Part shown: piece after piece, positions 46,663-56,635 of the stretch
Position numbering within the stretch: position 1 is the first letter of the stretch
How the letters are laid out: every line of letters starts with the position of its first letter
Assembly (NCBI GenBank): GCA_964388445.1
Contig: CAYMAI010000001.1
Location: 75,429-139,428, forward strand
Length of the DNA: 64,000 nucleotides
Source: an uncultured Planctomycetia bacterium
GTDB taxonomy: Bacteria; 4484-113; JAGGVC01
Direction of reading: 5' to 3'
The notes under the pieces: generated by a model
What the model saw: the letters and a program-made list of their open reading frames with translations, nothing else
Database searches by the model: none
Told to the model about the DNA's origin: nothing
Program-made: the position numbers and the translations under genes

Positions 46663-46814
46663 GGCTGAAGTTTATGTGTGCGCCCGCGATTAGTCAATCT
46701 AAACAGGATAATAAAATTGAGTTCGGCATCGAATAAAGCTCTGGCTACTTTAAAAATCGCCCTAATACGTATAAAAGTGCTAATATAAAGCCGATTTCTT
46801 TTCGGAGGTTTTTC

Positions 46815-47570
46815 ATGAGGGGTAGATGTACGCTTGGTTTGCTGTTCGCGATTTTGCTATTTTCGGGTTTCGCCGGTGCCGCGTCCGCACAGGACGAAGG
46901 CGGAATGCGCTTCGGTTTCGAGGGCGCTTTCATGAGCCAAGACAATTGGCGCGGCGTGAACTGGACGGACGGTTTCGTGTTCCAGCCGAACTTTTGGCTG
47001 ACGAACGGCATGTTCACGTTCGACGTTTGGGGCAACATGGACCTGTCTGACAAAAACAACGCTGCCGGCGAGTTCTCTCGCGTAAACTACACGCTTTCCA
47101 TAAGTCCCCAAACGGACATGGTTCATTTCAACGTCGGCGCGACGCACTATACATTTCCGTCGATTGCCGGCGCGGACACGACCGAAATTTTCGCGGGCGC
47201 CAAATTCGTTTCGCTTCCATTCGATCCTTCGATAACGGTATTTTTCGACGTCGACGCGGCGGAAGGCGCATACATCAGCCTCGGCGCTGGCGGCACGCTT
47301 TTCGGCAATAACGACATCACCGGTCTCGACTGGGCGCTTAACCTCGGACTAGCCACGGACGGATACAACGACCTTTACTACAACACCGACGATTTTGCAT
47401 TTAACGACTTGTCGCTGGAAGTTTCGCGCAAGTTTTCGATGAACCGCTGGTACATCAAGCCTGCTGCGGGTTTCTCAACCCTGCTAGACAGCGACATTCG
47501 CGACAGCACTTCGAACGAAGACAACTTCTGGGTCGGAGTTTTCTTCGGTTTCGCGCCGCCGTCGGACTAG
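46815..47570 (+). CDS. hypothetical secreted protein, possible outer-membrane beta-barrel
   Basis: Signal peptide (LLFAILLFSGFAGAASA). Alternating hydrophobic/polar beta-strand-like pattern rich in G/F/D/N/T. Confidence 0.45.
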   Translation: MRGRCTLGLLFAILLFSGFAGAASAQDEGGMRFGFEGAFMSQDNWRGVNWTDGFVFQPNFWLTNGMFTFDVWGNMDLSDKNNAAGEFSRVNYTLSISPQTDMVHFNVGATHYTFPSIAGADTTEIFAGAKFVSLPFDPSITVFFDVDAAEGAYISLGAGGTLFGNNDITGLDWALNLGLATDGYNDLYYNTDDFAFNDLSLEVSRKFSMNRWYIKPAAGFSTLLDSDIRDSTSNEDNFWVGVFFGFAPPSD

Positions 47571-47612
47571 GCGAGTAAGCAAACCGTTATATCGAAGCGA
47601 TATTTTCAGCGG

Positions 47613-49415
47613 CTAGCCGCGCGGCAAAACGCTTCTGAGACGCGCGATTTTCGCCGCGAGTTCCGCGGGGCCGATTCGCCACTTTTCCGGAACGAGCGAC
47701 TTGCTCGTCGATTCCGCAACACCCAGCAATGTCTGATACTCGACTTCCTCCGGATACTCCGGGCTCGTAAAGTCGTCTATCGCGCTTTTTAGATGGGCGG
47801 CGGAAATAACGTCGCTTTTGGAAGCTCGGGCTCGCGAATACGCCCGAAACATCACGCTTTCAAGGTCGCTTCCGCCTATCGTTAATTTGCTCGCGTCGAC
47901 CGCCTGCGAAAGCTTACTGAAATCGAACTTGAAATTGTGTTTGCGCGTGAAGGCGGCGAACAACTCCTCGTAATGCTCCTGCGTTTCGGGCGGAAACAGC
48001 GGAATGTGTTTTTCCGCGCGCCCTTGACGCTTCAGGTCTATCGAGAGTTTGTCCGGCCGGTTCGTGATAAGAACCCAAACCACTTTGCCCCGATTTTGCG
48101 GATCGCCCATAAAGCTGATAAGCCGCGAAAACACCCTCCCCGAAAGTCCGCTGTCGCCGTCGCTCGAACCGCGGTCGCCCAGTGCTGCGTCTGCCTCGTC
48201 AACAATTACGATTACCGGCGCAAGCGCGGAAAGCACGGTTAACAGCCTTTCCAGATTCGCTTCGGTCGCGCCTACCCATTTATCGCGAAAATTTCTTAGT
48301 TCGACGCAAGGCACGCCCGCCTCGCCCGCGAAACACCTGATTAAAAACGACTTTCCGCATCCGCTCGGCCCGCATATCAAATAACCCGACGGCACGGCGC
48401 GCGCCTCGCCGGCCTGCAGCAAGGCAGCGTCCGACTTCAGTTCCGCCACCGCCAAATCGTGAACGGCCACGAGGTCGAGCTTTTGTCGCGAGCCGCCTGC
48501 GAATTCAAGCATGCCGGTGCAATCCCTTTCGATAATTTTCCGCTTTCTTTCGAGCAAATGTCCGCGCCATCCCGTTGCGTGCGGCGAGTCCGATTTATGG
48601 GGAACGCCACCGTCCATTTCGGCAAGCACGTGTCTGATTTGCGTAAGGTTCAGCCCTGCGCTGGCGGATGATAAGGCGCTTATATCTTCGATTAGCTCTT
48701 TCGAATTCGCCGTTCCTTGCGCGGCATACCACTCGATATATTCGCGGCGCGCCATCTCCTCCGGAATAGGTATCTTTATTTCCGCCGTGTACTGACTTTC
48801 GACAATCCTTGAACTTACCGCCGCGATATCTTCGGCGATGAGCACCAGCGTTATATCGTCGTCCACCACTTCCGGGCTTGACGCCAACCTTTCGAGCGCG
48901 ATTTCGGCCGCTCTGTCCGCTTGGGACAGGTTCGTAATTTCCGCGCGCGGAAATATCATTTCGGCATAGTCGAAAATAACCGCGATGCGCCTTGCGTCCG
49001 GGTCGGTATTCGCTTTAGCCGCTCGAATGAAACGAGACAAAAACCTTAAAACTCCATGCGGGTCGCCCGGCATATTGCCGAGGAAATTCGTGCCCGTAAC
49101 CGCCGCAATCGCCCTAAGTATTCTGTCGAACTGCTCGCTTCCGGACTGGTCTGCCAGCGTAAGCCCGTGCGAAAGGTCGTATTTGATAACGAATTTGCGA
49201 GTGCCGAAGAGCACTTTGGCAAGATAGTCTCCAAGCGGCATATAATCGGCGCCTGCCGAAGACGAGAAGCCGCCGCGGTTCCGGCTTTTTACGCGAACGT
49301 AGTCGCGCACGTTGCCGTAAAGAATAAACGTCGATTGGGTGCGGCTAAAATAATGACCGGCGATTTCTTCCGCCCAGCCGGGCAACACCGTATTCGTAGA
49401 AACAGAAAATGGCAT
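47613..49415 (-). CDS. classical-clade AAA+ ATPase with ~330-aa N-terminal domain of unknown function
   Basis: Walker A (GPSGCGKS), Walker B (IVIVDEADA), and a second region of homology with Arg fingers (ITNRPDKLSIDLKRQGRAEKHI). Confidence 0.75.
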   Translation of the reverse strand: MPFSVSTNTVLPGWAEEIAGHYFSRTQSTFILYGNVRDYVRVKSRNRGGFSSSAGADYMPLGDYLAKVLFGTRKFVIKYDLSHGLTLADQSGSEQFDRILRAIAAVTGTNFLGNMPGDPHGVLRFLSRFIRAAKANTDPDARRIAVIFDYAEMIFPRAEITNLSQADRAAEIALERLASSPEVVDDDITLVLIAEDIAAVSSRIVESQYTAEIKIPIPEEMARREYIEWYAAQGTANSKELIEDISALSSASAGLNLTQIRHVLAEMDGGVPHKSDSPHATGWRGHLLERKRKIIERDCTGMLEFAGGSRQKLDLVAVHDLAVAELKSDAALLQAGEARAVPSGYLICGPSGCGKSFLIRCFAGEAGVPCVELRNFRDKWVGATEANLERLLTVLSALAPVIVIVDEADAALGDRGSSDGDSGLSGRVFSRLISFMGDPQNRGKVVWVLITNRPDKLSIDLKRQGRAEKHIPLFPPETQEHYEELFAAFTRKHNFKFDFSKLSQAVDASKLTIGGSDLESVMFRAYSRARASKSDVISAAHLKSAIDDFTSPEYPEEVEYQTLLGVAESTSKSLVPEKWRIGPAELAAKIARLRSVLPRG

Positions 49416-49489
49416 TCCGTCCTCCGCCCGCTATTTTATCGCAAAAAAAATCGGGCGCCCGTATGCCGGACGCCCGCTTTTCCTATTCG

Positions 49490-52400
49490 TCAAAGCAAAG
49501 ACGCGAATCCGCTGACCGGAATCGAGGGATTGCTGTCGGGCAATCCTTGCTTGAGGCTCTCGATTCTGTACCAGTATGTTACGCCCGGAATAACGTCCGT
49601 ATCCTCGAATTGAGTTTCGAGGCCGAGTATTGCCTTTTGCACGTAAGGTCCCACCGGCGTGTCCGCTCGAATTATTTTATATCCGTCCGGCGTCGTGCCG
49701 ATATCCGGATGACTCCAGCTAAGCGATATTTTGTCCGGAAACTCGCCCTGCGACGCCGAAACGTTAACGGGCGGCGCAAGAAGAATTTGAACGCCGACCA
49801 CGATTCGCAATACCGCTTCGTCGGAAAGCCCGCCGTCGTCCGTTACGGTCAACGTGGCGAAAAAGACTCCGGGAATATCGAACAAGCGATTCGCGGACGG
49901 CAAAGCCGATTCGAAGTCCGTAGTGCCGTCGCCGTCGAAATCCCAAGCATAATTCACTATCACGCCGTCGCCGTCGAAGCTGCCGCTCGCGTCGAACGTT
50001 ATTTCGAGCGGCGCGCGACCTTCGGTGGCGGACGCGATAAATTCGGCGGTCGGCGGCAAATTTCCGAGAGCGTCCGCGACCGTTATCCTTATTTTGTCCA
50101 CGGATTTCGCGCCAAGATTGTCATGAACGGTTAGCGTCGCGTTGTAGGCTCCCGGCGCGTTGTACACGAAGTTTGCGATACCGCTTTCGTAACTTCTGAA
50201 ATCCGGTTTGCCGTTTCCGTCGAAGTCCCAATCCCATGCCTTTATCGTGCCGTCGGGGTCGTAACTTGCCGAGCCGTCGAACGAGACGGAAAGCGGAAAC
50301 ATTCCGGAAGTAACATCGGCATTTGCCACTGCGACCGGCAGCTCCGTCGCCGAAATAAGTGCGTTCTTGAAAAACTTGTTGCCCTCATTGTCAACAACCA
50401 AAAGCGTCGCGGTGTAAAGCCCGGAATTCGTGTATGTATATTGCGCGGCGCCGTATGTGGACGTGTAGTCCTTGAACGGTCCGCCTTGGAAGAACCGCCA
50501 GAAATAACCCGTGATAAACCCGTCCGGATCTATACAGTCGGGCGCCTCGAAGTTCACGGTTAGCGGCGGCGGCCCGGCAACTGGGAACACCGCGATTTCC
50601 GCGGTCGGAATCGTGTCGAGCATCGAGCCATGAATCCAAACTTCCTCGTTCGAACGCGAGCTGATGCCGCTGTCGGCAATCGTGCGTGCGAAGAAATACA
50701 GCAGTTTCTCGCTTGCATCGGGCGTGTAATTGAACGAAGTCACGTTTTCCGGAAGTCCCGGATCTGGAGTGATCCGAACCACGTTTCCGCCGCCGAGGTC
50801 GGTCGTCGCGAACAGCGCATATCCTAGAACGTTGTATTTCTCCGTATCGGGCACACTCGACCACTCCAAATCGATAGATGTATCCGTCGTCGTCGGCATT
50901 ATCCTCAGGAATGGCGGCGGGACGTCAACAGGTGGCCACTGCACTTCGGCCGAGAACGGACTTTCGGCACCATCGACAACGACCGTTGCCTTGATAAACG
51001 CCTTCATTCCTTCGGCAAGCGAAGCGATGCCGTCCCAATCGAATGTAGTCGCCGACAGACCCTCCGCGATTAGCATCGGGCGCGTTTCGCTGCGCCTTAT
51101 GCAAGCGTAAAGGTTGTATGTCGCTTCGGGAACGGGCGACGGTTCCCAATTCATCGTTACTTCGCCGCCGCCGGACGGAGAAATCGAAAGCCCCGTCGGA
51201 GCCGGCGGAATAAGCGGTGCGACAACGACGGGCAGCGCCCTCTGATGAATGACGACTTCGCTGCCGTTCACGATTCCGGTTACCGAAACCATCGGGAAAT
51301 ATCTGCCGTTCGAATCGAACGTATGCGTGGCGGAAATTTCGCGCTCGCCCGTGTCGATTGTTTCGCGCGTGCGGTCTCCCCAGTCGATGCGGTACGAGCT
51401 AACGCTGTCCGCTCCGATGACTCCGGCAAACAACTCGACTTCTTCGCCCGCCTGAATCCTGAACGGCGAATCGTATCGGACATGTACGTTGAATCGCATT
51501 TTCCGCGGTTCGTCAGGCGGATTATCTTCGCCCGGAAGTCTGGGATCGATTACGTAATGAAAATCGCCCATCGCCCAACCGTCGCCTTCGCTGTTGATCA
51601 TCGACGGGCGCCGAAGCGACGATGGCCCCGACGTCGACGAGTCGGTAATAGCGAAATTGACCGGCGCCATTTCCGAAGTCTCGCCCATATCGGCGGAAAC
51701 CGTCGGTTGTCCGGGATTCAGCTCGTTTTCGATATATTCGAACGTGCCGTCGCCGGACCAAACTTTGAAAACGTCATACCCCGCCGGGCCGCTCGACATA
51801 TAGTTTTGAGCGATCGGCGTAATGTCTGCGATTCCGATTTCGTCGTCGCGGTCGCTTGCAAGGTTGAGATACCAATCTACTTCGTCGTTTATGCCGTCCC
51901 CGAAAAGATTCAAATAGTTCAGTGCAATCGGAGTAATGTCGGGAATTCCCACTTCGCCGTTTCCGTCCAAATCCCCCTGAATAATCACCTGCCACTGCAT
52001 TTGATTTTCGCCCGCCATACCCGGCAAAACGAACATATCGGCAATCATTATTCCGATGTCGTCGTCCCTGTCAGCGGAGGGTTCGCGATTACTCGATTTC
52101 CTGAACGGCGAGTCTTCGAACCTGACATAAATCGTACCCGCTTCGGCCGGTTGATTGCGGGTGAAAGACGCAAGACCGATGCCGACGTGACCGGGAACCG
52201 AATCGACTGCAAGCGAAATATATTCGCCGCCCTGTCTGAACGCCCCGCCGAATTCCACGCCCGCCGGCGAAATGACGGCGGGATCGTAACCGACGTAAAT
52301 GTACACGTCCGGAAGCGGCGAAGGTGAAGTTATTCTTACGCCGTCGCCTTCCTTCACAACGGACAGCGCCGCCGTCTCGCCCGCCAAAAGGCCGTAATGC

Positions 52401-52732
52401 TTGTCAAGCTGCGCGACCGAAATTCTCCTGCCGAAAACGGTTGCGGTTTTTGCGGTTCCTTGGTCCGCCCACATTTCCAAGTTTGCCGAAAGCTTTTCGG
52501 CGCTTTTCGGCAAGCCGTATTCGCCCGAATATTCGGCGCCTTGCGGATTTTGCCCCGCCGTACCGAACTGACCGGTTCCGTTCGTGCCGCAAGAAATCAG
52601 GGCAAAAGCAAGCGCCAGAGCGGCGAAAATCGAAATCGTGTATGCAAAAGCGCTTTTCCGCAGAAATAAGGCAAGAAATATAAATAATTGCATTACTACT
52701 CCTCCGCAGGCACTGAAAACCGGCTGGGACAC
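49490..52732 (-). CDS. large secreted or lipoprotein with dockerin-like Ca-binding repeats and PKD/Ig-like domains
   Basis: Lipobox-like N-terminus (LALISCGT; the true start may be the internal Met near 52693). Dockerin-type repeats (DLDGNGEVGIPDITPIALNY ... DRDDEIGIADITPIAQNY). PKD-like motifs (WDFDGDGTTD, WDWDFDGNGKPDF, YTATLLVVDNEGN). Confidence 0.7.
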   Translation of the reverse strand: MSQPVFSACGGVVMQLFIFLALFLRKSAFAYTISIFAALALAFALISCGTNGTGQFGTAGQNPQGAEYSGEYGLPKSAEKLSANLEMWADQGTAKTATVFGRRISVAQLDKHYGLLAGETAALSVVKEGDGVRITSPSPLPDVYIYVGYDPAVISPAGVEFGGAFRQGGEYISLAVDSVPGHVGIGLASFTRNQPAEAGTIYVRFEDSPFRKSSNREPSADRDDDIGIMIADMFVLPGMAGENQMQWQVIIQGDLDGNGEVGIPDITPIALNYLNLFGDGINDEVDWYLNLASDRDDEIGIADITPIAQNYMSSGPAGYDVFKVWSGDGTFEYIENELNPGQPTVSADMGETSEMAPVNFAITDSSTSGPSSLRRPSMINSEGDGWAMGDFHYVIDPRLPGEDNPPDEPRKMRFNVHVRYDSPFRIQAGEEVELFAGVIGADSVSSYRIDWGDRTRETIDTGEREISATHTFDSNGRYFPMVSVTGIVNGSEVVIHQRALPVVVAPLIPPAPTGLSISPSGGGEVTMNWEPSPVPEATYNLYACIRRSETRPMLIAEGLSATTFDWDGIASLAEGMKAFIKATVVVDGAESPFSAEVQWPPVDVPPPFLRIMPTTTDTSIDLEWSSVPDTEKYNVLGYALFATTDLGGGNVVRITPDPGLPENVTSFNYTPDASEKLLYFFARTIADSGISSRSNEEVWIHGSMLDTIPTAEIAVFPVAGPPPLTVNFEAPDCIDPDGFITGYFWRFFQGGPFKDYTSTYGAAQYTYTNSGLYTATLLVVDNEGNKFFKNALISATELPVAVANADVTSGMFPLSVSFDGSASYDPDGTIKAWDWDFDGNGKPDFRSYESGIANFVYNAPGAYNATLTVHDNLGAKSVDKIRITVADALGNLPPTAEFIASATEGRAPLEITFDASGSFDGDGVIVNYAWDFDGDGTTDFESALPSANRLFDIPGVFFATLTVTDDGGLSDEAVLRIVVGVQILLAPPVNVSASQGEFPDKISLSWSHPDIGTTPDGYKIIRADTPVGPYVQKAILGLETQFEDTDVIPGVTYWYRIESLKQGLPDSNPSIPVSGFASLL

Positions 52733-52867
52733 ATTAATATACCCTCAAATGGTATGAATTGCTCGATTATTTTCTTCCTCAATCTACTGACAGGCTCCTC
52801 CTGCGAAGAATTCCGGCATGGAAAGACCGTTCTTGCGGCAGTTCCGATACTGGTTTATAATCGCGGC

Positions 52868-54847
52868 GTGGGCTATAAAACGCTTTACAGGAAGTATCGC
52901 AGCCAAACCTTCTCCGAAGTAATAGGCCAGGAACACGTCATTCGCGTGCTTCGCGGAGCGCTCGTTCGCGGCAGAATCGCCCACGCATATCTTTTCAGCG
53001 GGCCTCGCGGCACGGGGAAAACCAGCATCGCCAGGATTTTCGCCAAGGCCCTGAATTGCTCCGAATCGAAAGCCGGCGAACCCTGCGGGAAATGCCATGT
53101 TTGCACGTCCATAGCCGAGGGCAGGTCGCCCGACGTAATCGAAATGGACGCGGCAAGCAACAGAGGCGTCGAACACATCGAAGAATTGCGGCGCGGCGTT
53201 CAATTCGTTCCGCAGGAGCTCAAATACAAGGTTTATATCATCGACGAAGTCCATATGATTTCGACTCACGGTTTCAACGCGCTGCTTAAGACTTTGGAAG
53301 AACCTCCCGCGCACGCCATTTTCGTTCTCGCTACGACCGAGCCGCACAAATTGCCGATTACAATTCTCTCCCGCTGCCTTCGGTTCGAGTTCCACCGGAT
53401 TCCGTTCAGGAAGCTCGCCGGCCACTTATCCAGCCTTGCGGAGATGGAAAACCACAAAATTCGCGACGACGCCGCGATTTTGCTCGCGGAGCTTTCGGAA
53501 GGAAGCGCTAGAGATGCAATTAGTTTGCTCGACCAACTCATAATCGCGGGCGAAGACGAGATTACGCCTTCGCTCGTGAGGGAGCTTTTCGGCCTTACGC
53601 ATCCCGCAGCCATTACAGACCTCGTGCGCAGTCTGCTTTCCGGAAATTTGGAAAAACTCCTTCAAAGTTTTCACGACTTCATTACCGAAGGTCGCGACCC
53701 GGAGCATTTCCTAAAGCTGCTTTACGGCAAGCTTCGCGACGGCTATCTTCGAACGGGCGAAGATGACGAACTGCTTCTGATGCTTGAAGAAACACCTCGA
53801 AGCAAACTTCTTCGCGCCATCGAAAGCGTGTGGGAGTCGCTTGTTTTGCTGTCTCGCTCCAATCATCCGGTCAATCTCATCGAACTGACGCTGTTCAAAC
53901 TCGCCGGAGTTTTCGCTACCGGCTCGCATCGCTTGGACGTGGAGGACGATTCGGATTTTGATGCCGAAATCGCCCCCGCTTCAGAGCCGCCCGAAATCGC
54001 GAAAAAATCTTCCGATTCTATCGCCGAACCAGCGGCGACCGGCGGTGCATCCGAAACCGCGCCTGAAACCGAAGACGCACCGGCGGAGCAAAGCTCCGAT
54101 TCGAAAGGCGATGCGTTCAATCCGAAAAGCTTTATAAATCGCTTCAAACAAACTCGAACCAACCCCTTCGCCGAAGGCGGCGAAGAACCTCAAACTCCGC
54201 CCGCCGCGGAAAAACCGGAAAAAAAAACGGTTGATAACGCAGGAGTAATTGACGAGCCATCCGCCGGTTTCGAATCCTCTCAGCAAGAATATTCCGAATC
54301 GGAGGCCGCGTCCCCTGAATGGGGCGGCATAGAGAATGTCCCGCAGGATTTTCCGCCCACGTTTTACGATGCGGAGATTTCAACCGCGGATGTCGAGCCG
54401 CGAACTTCTTCCGGTTCCAAAAAAGCGGCGGCGAAAAGGCCGGTGCTGAAGCGGAAATTGCCCGGCGGTATCGAGGAGTTTCCCGAAGCCAAGTGGAGCG
54501 ATGTTCTAAAAAGGCTCGAGGATAACTACCTCACGACCTATTGCCTTGTCCGCGAGGAATCGGGCGTTATTCCGGTAATTCTCAAGCCCGGAATTTTATA
54601 CTTGGCGTTTCCGGCGGACTCTCTTTACCTTCGAAGTTTCGCAAAAGAGGGCAGACACATTCGCGCTATCGAAGCTTCGGTCGAAGAGACGATGGAATCG
54701 AAGTGGCAGATTGTCTTCGACCCCAGCGAGGCGCCGGATCCCGGCGTATCTGACGAAGATTATGCGGAGCTTCGCGCCGCCCAATTGGAAATGTTGTTCG
54801 GGGCGAACGACAAAGACTCCGGTGCGAACAATGCCGGCGGCGAATAG
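52868..54847 (+). CDS. dnaX: DNA polymerase III subunit tau/gamma
   Basis: YRSQTFSEVIGQEHV. Walker A (GPRGTGKTS). Zn module (CGKCHVC). DExx (IDEVH). Start assigned to GTG 52868 (VGYKTLYRKYRSQ). Contains an A9 run at 54219-54227. Confidence 0.9.
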   Translation: MGYKTLYRKYRSQTFSEVIGQEHVIRVLRGALVRGRIAHAYLFSGPRGTGKTSIARIFAKALNCSESKAGEPCGKCHVCTSIAEGRSPDVIEMDAASNRGVEHIEELRRGVQFVPQELKYKVYIIDEVHMISTHGFNALLKTLEEPPAHAIFVLATTEPHKLPITILSRCLRFEFHRIPFRKLAGHLSSLAEMENHKIRDDAAILLAELSEGSARDAISLLDQLIIAGEDEITPSLVRELFGLTHPAAITDLVRSLLSGNLEKLLQSFHDFITEGRDPEHFLKLLYGKLRDGYLRTGEDDELLLMLEETPRSKLLRAIESVWESLVLLSRSNHPVNLIELTLFKLAGVFATGSHRLDVEDDSDFDAEIAPASEPPEIAKKSSDSIAEPAATGGASETAPETEDAPAEQSSDSKGDAFNPKSFINRFKQTRTNPFAEGGEEPQTPPAAEKPEKKTVDNAGVIDEPSAGFESSQQEYSESEAASPEWGGIENVPQDFPPTFYDAEISTADVEPRTSSGSKKAAAKRPVLKRKLPGGIEEFPEAKWSDVLKRLEDNYLTTYCLVREESGVIPVILKPGILYLAFPADSLYLRSFAKEGRHIRAIEASVEETMESKWQIVFDPSEAPDPGVSDEDYAELRAAQLEMLFGANDKDSGANNAGGE

Positions 54848-54855
54848 TCTATAAT

Positions 54856-55506
54856 TTGTCCGTGATACGTTTCATTTCAATTTCATACGCGGCGAAAGGG
54901 ATAGCGGCATTTTGTTTATGCTCGTTAATCGCTATGTTTTCGCTTGCGGGAATTTCGTTTGCCGAAAGCGAACCTGCGCAATCCGCTCAAACCGAAATCG
55001 AACAAAAAGAATTCTCGCCCGATTTCGAGGAGTACGACTTCAACCTTAAATCGCTCGACGGAAAAACCCGAATCCAACTATCGGACGTAGTGAAGAACAA
55101 CTATGTTGTCGTGTTTTTCTGGAGCGCACATTGCCCGGTTTGCGACTTTGCGCTGCCGTACATATCAATCTATCACTCGATACTTCTCGAAAGAAAAGTC
55201 AAAGACGTACAGCTTATTACAATCGCGCTGGACGCTCGGGCCGAAGACCCGCTGAAGCGCGCGATAAAGGACGAACTCGGTTTCGAAATTCTCCACGATC
55301 CGATGGCAAGGGACACGAAAGAAGCTTACGAACTCGGCAAGCGAGGTATTCCCGCCTGCTACGTTTTCAACAAGCAAGGCTACATAATCGCCGCCATTTT
55401 CGGCTTCGACAAAAAGTTCACGAATACCGTTCAAGAAGCCATTAACATGGACCGCCAGTCGCAAAGCGGACACGGCTCGGTACCCACGGTGAGGGGAGAA
55501 ACGTAA
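54856..55506 (+). CDS. TlpA/redoxin-family thiol-disulfide oxidoreductase (secreted)
   Basis: Signal or anchor sequence plus the thioredoxin CxxC motif (FFWSAHCPVCDF). Confidence 0.7.
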   Translation: MSVIRFISISYAAKGIAAFCLCSLIAMFSLAGISFAESEPAQSAQTEIEQKEFSPDFEEYDFNLKSLDGKTRIQLSDVVKNNYVVVFFWSAHCPVCDFALPYISIYHSILLERKVKDVQLITIALDARAEDPLKRAIKDELGFEILHDPMARDTKEAYELGKRGIPACYVFNKQGYIIAAIFGFDKKFTNTVQEAINMDRQSQSGHGSVPTVRGET

Positions 55507-55509
55507 CTT

Positions 55510-56511
55510 TTACTTTCCGTACGCACGCTTGTATATTCCCGACAGCAAGCTCTTTATCACCGTAGCCGTCAAATTGTTCGCCTCCGTCGCGCGCCTGAAG
55601 CTGTACGGCAAGCTGTCTTCTCCGTATGGAGTGTAAATCGCCAAGTTTATCCCCCGCGAAATCAGCTCCTTTTGAAATTCCGGTCTTACGCCGCGCAACA
55701 TCTGCACCTGGAAAAACGCATGCGGCCGTTCGTCGTTTTCCCTAATTCCCTGATTTACATAAACGTCGTCGTGCGATGCCACCGCCACCCACACGTCCTC
55801 TGGCGATTCGAAAATCAATTCGTGAATCAGCGCTCCGAAATTTTCGTTGATGTCCGGCTTTTTCGTGAATGCCACGGCTTCCGGCTCTTTATAAATGCCC
55901 TTGCAGATTCTGATTTTCGCCGGATGAACGTAATCGCCCCGGTCGAGCGCAACCAGCGCCTTCAAGTCCGCCATCGTGCGCTTCAGATTCGCCTGTACGA
56001 CGATTCCCGCGTTGCCGTACTCCTTCAGCCATTCGCGATATATTTCAAGCGTAAAGTCCGTATATCCGGTGTGCTCCATATCGATCCAAACGAAAATTCC
56101 GAGTCTTTCGGCTTCCGCAACGATGCGCGTCATATTTTCACGCGCGGTTTCAGCTCCGCGATTTGCAAGGTCGAAACCCATTTGACTCGGTTTGATGCTT
56201 ACCGTCGCTTTTACGCCCGCCTTTGCGATTTCGCCAGTTGCGCGCAAATATTCGGAAACCGTTTTTTCGACTTTCCATTCTTGAGTGTAATGCTCGCCAA
56301 GATAGTTTATGATGGACTCGCCGCGCGAATGCCTTGCGGTCAGCTTCTCGGTTTCGCGAATCGCGTCCGCGATATGCTCGCCCGCAACCCAAATTTTGAA
56401 CGCCGGCAGAAACACCTTGTTCAGCACCGGAATGACGCGCTGATAAATGCGCGCCGACGCTCCCGGTCCGCTGGATTGTTTGGCGCCGCTGCCCGTCTCC
56501 GCAGTGCTCAT
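55510..56511 (-). CDS. proline dehydrogenase
   Basis: TIM-barrel ProDH motifs (VWIDMEHTGYTD; FFQVQMLRGVRPEFQKEL...GINLAIYTPYGEDSLPYSFRRATE). Start trimmed to MSTAETG, because the upstream extension is Pro/Ser/Arg-rich and non-protein-like. Confidence 0.8.
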   Translation of the reverse strand: MSTAETGSGAKQSSGPGASARIYQRVIPVLNKVFLPAFKIWVAGEHIADAIRETEKLTARHSRGESIINYLGEHYTQEWKVEKTVSEYLRATGEIAKAGVKATVSIKPSQMGFDLANRGAETARENMTRIVAEAERLGIFVWIDMEHTGYTDFTLEIYREWLKEYGNAGIVVQANLKRTMADLKALVALDRGDYVHPAKIRICKGIYKEPEAVAFTKKPDINENFGALIHELIFESPEDVWVAVASHDDVYVNQGIRENDERPHAFFQVQMLRGVRPEFQKELISRGINLAIYTPYGEDSLPYSFRRATEANNLTATVIKSLLSGIYKRAYGK

Positions 56512-56635
56512 GAACGTTTCACCCTCGCCGCGGATTATATCACCGGCGCAATATATTCCATCCTCTCTTTTCCTTGATAGGAAGCGAACAACTCGGGTTC
56601 CATGCGCGATTTCGAATGATACACTTGACTTTGAC

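Noticed and set aside
51245-52327. 360-aa ORF antisense to the PKD/dockerin gene
   Set aside because: The sense strand has recognisable dockerin and PKD motifs. The antisense product is Arg/Val-rich without motifs.
55672-56577. 301-aa ORF antisense to proline dehydrogenase
   Set aside because: ProDH motifs are clear on the minus strand. The antisense ORF lacks any motif and is Arg/Phe-rich.
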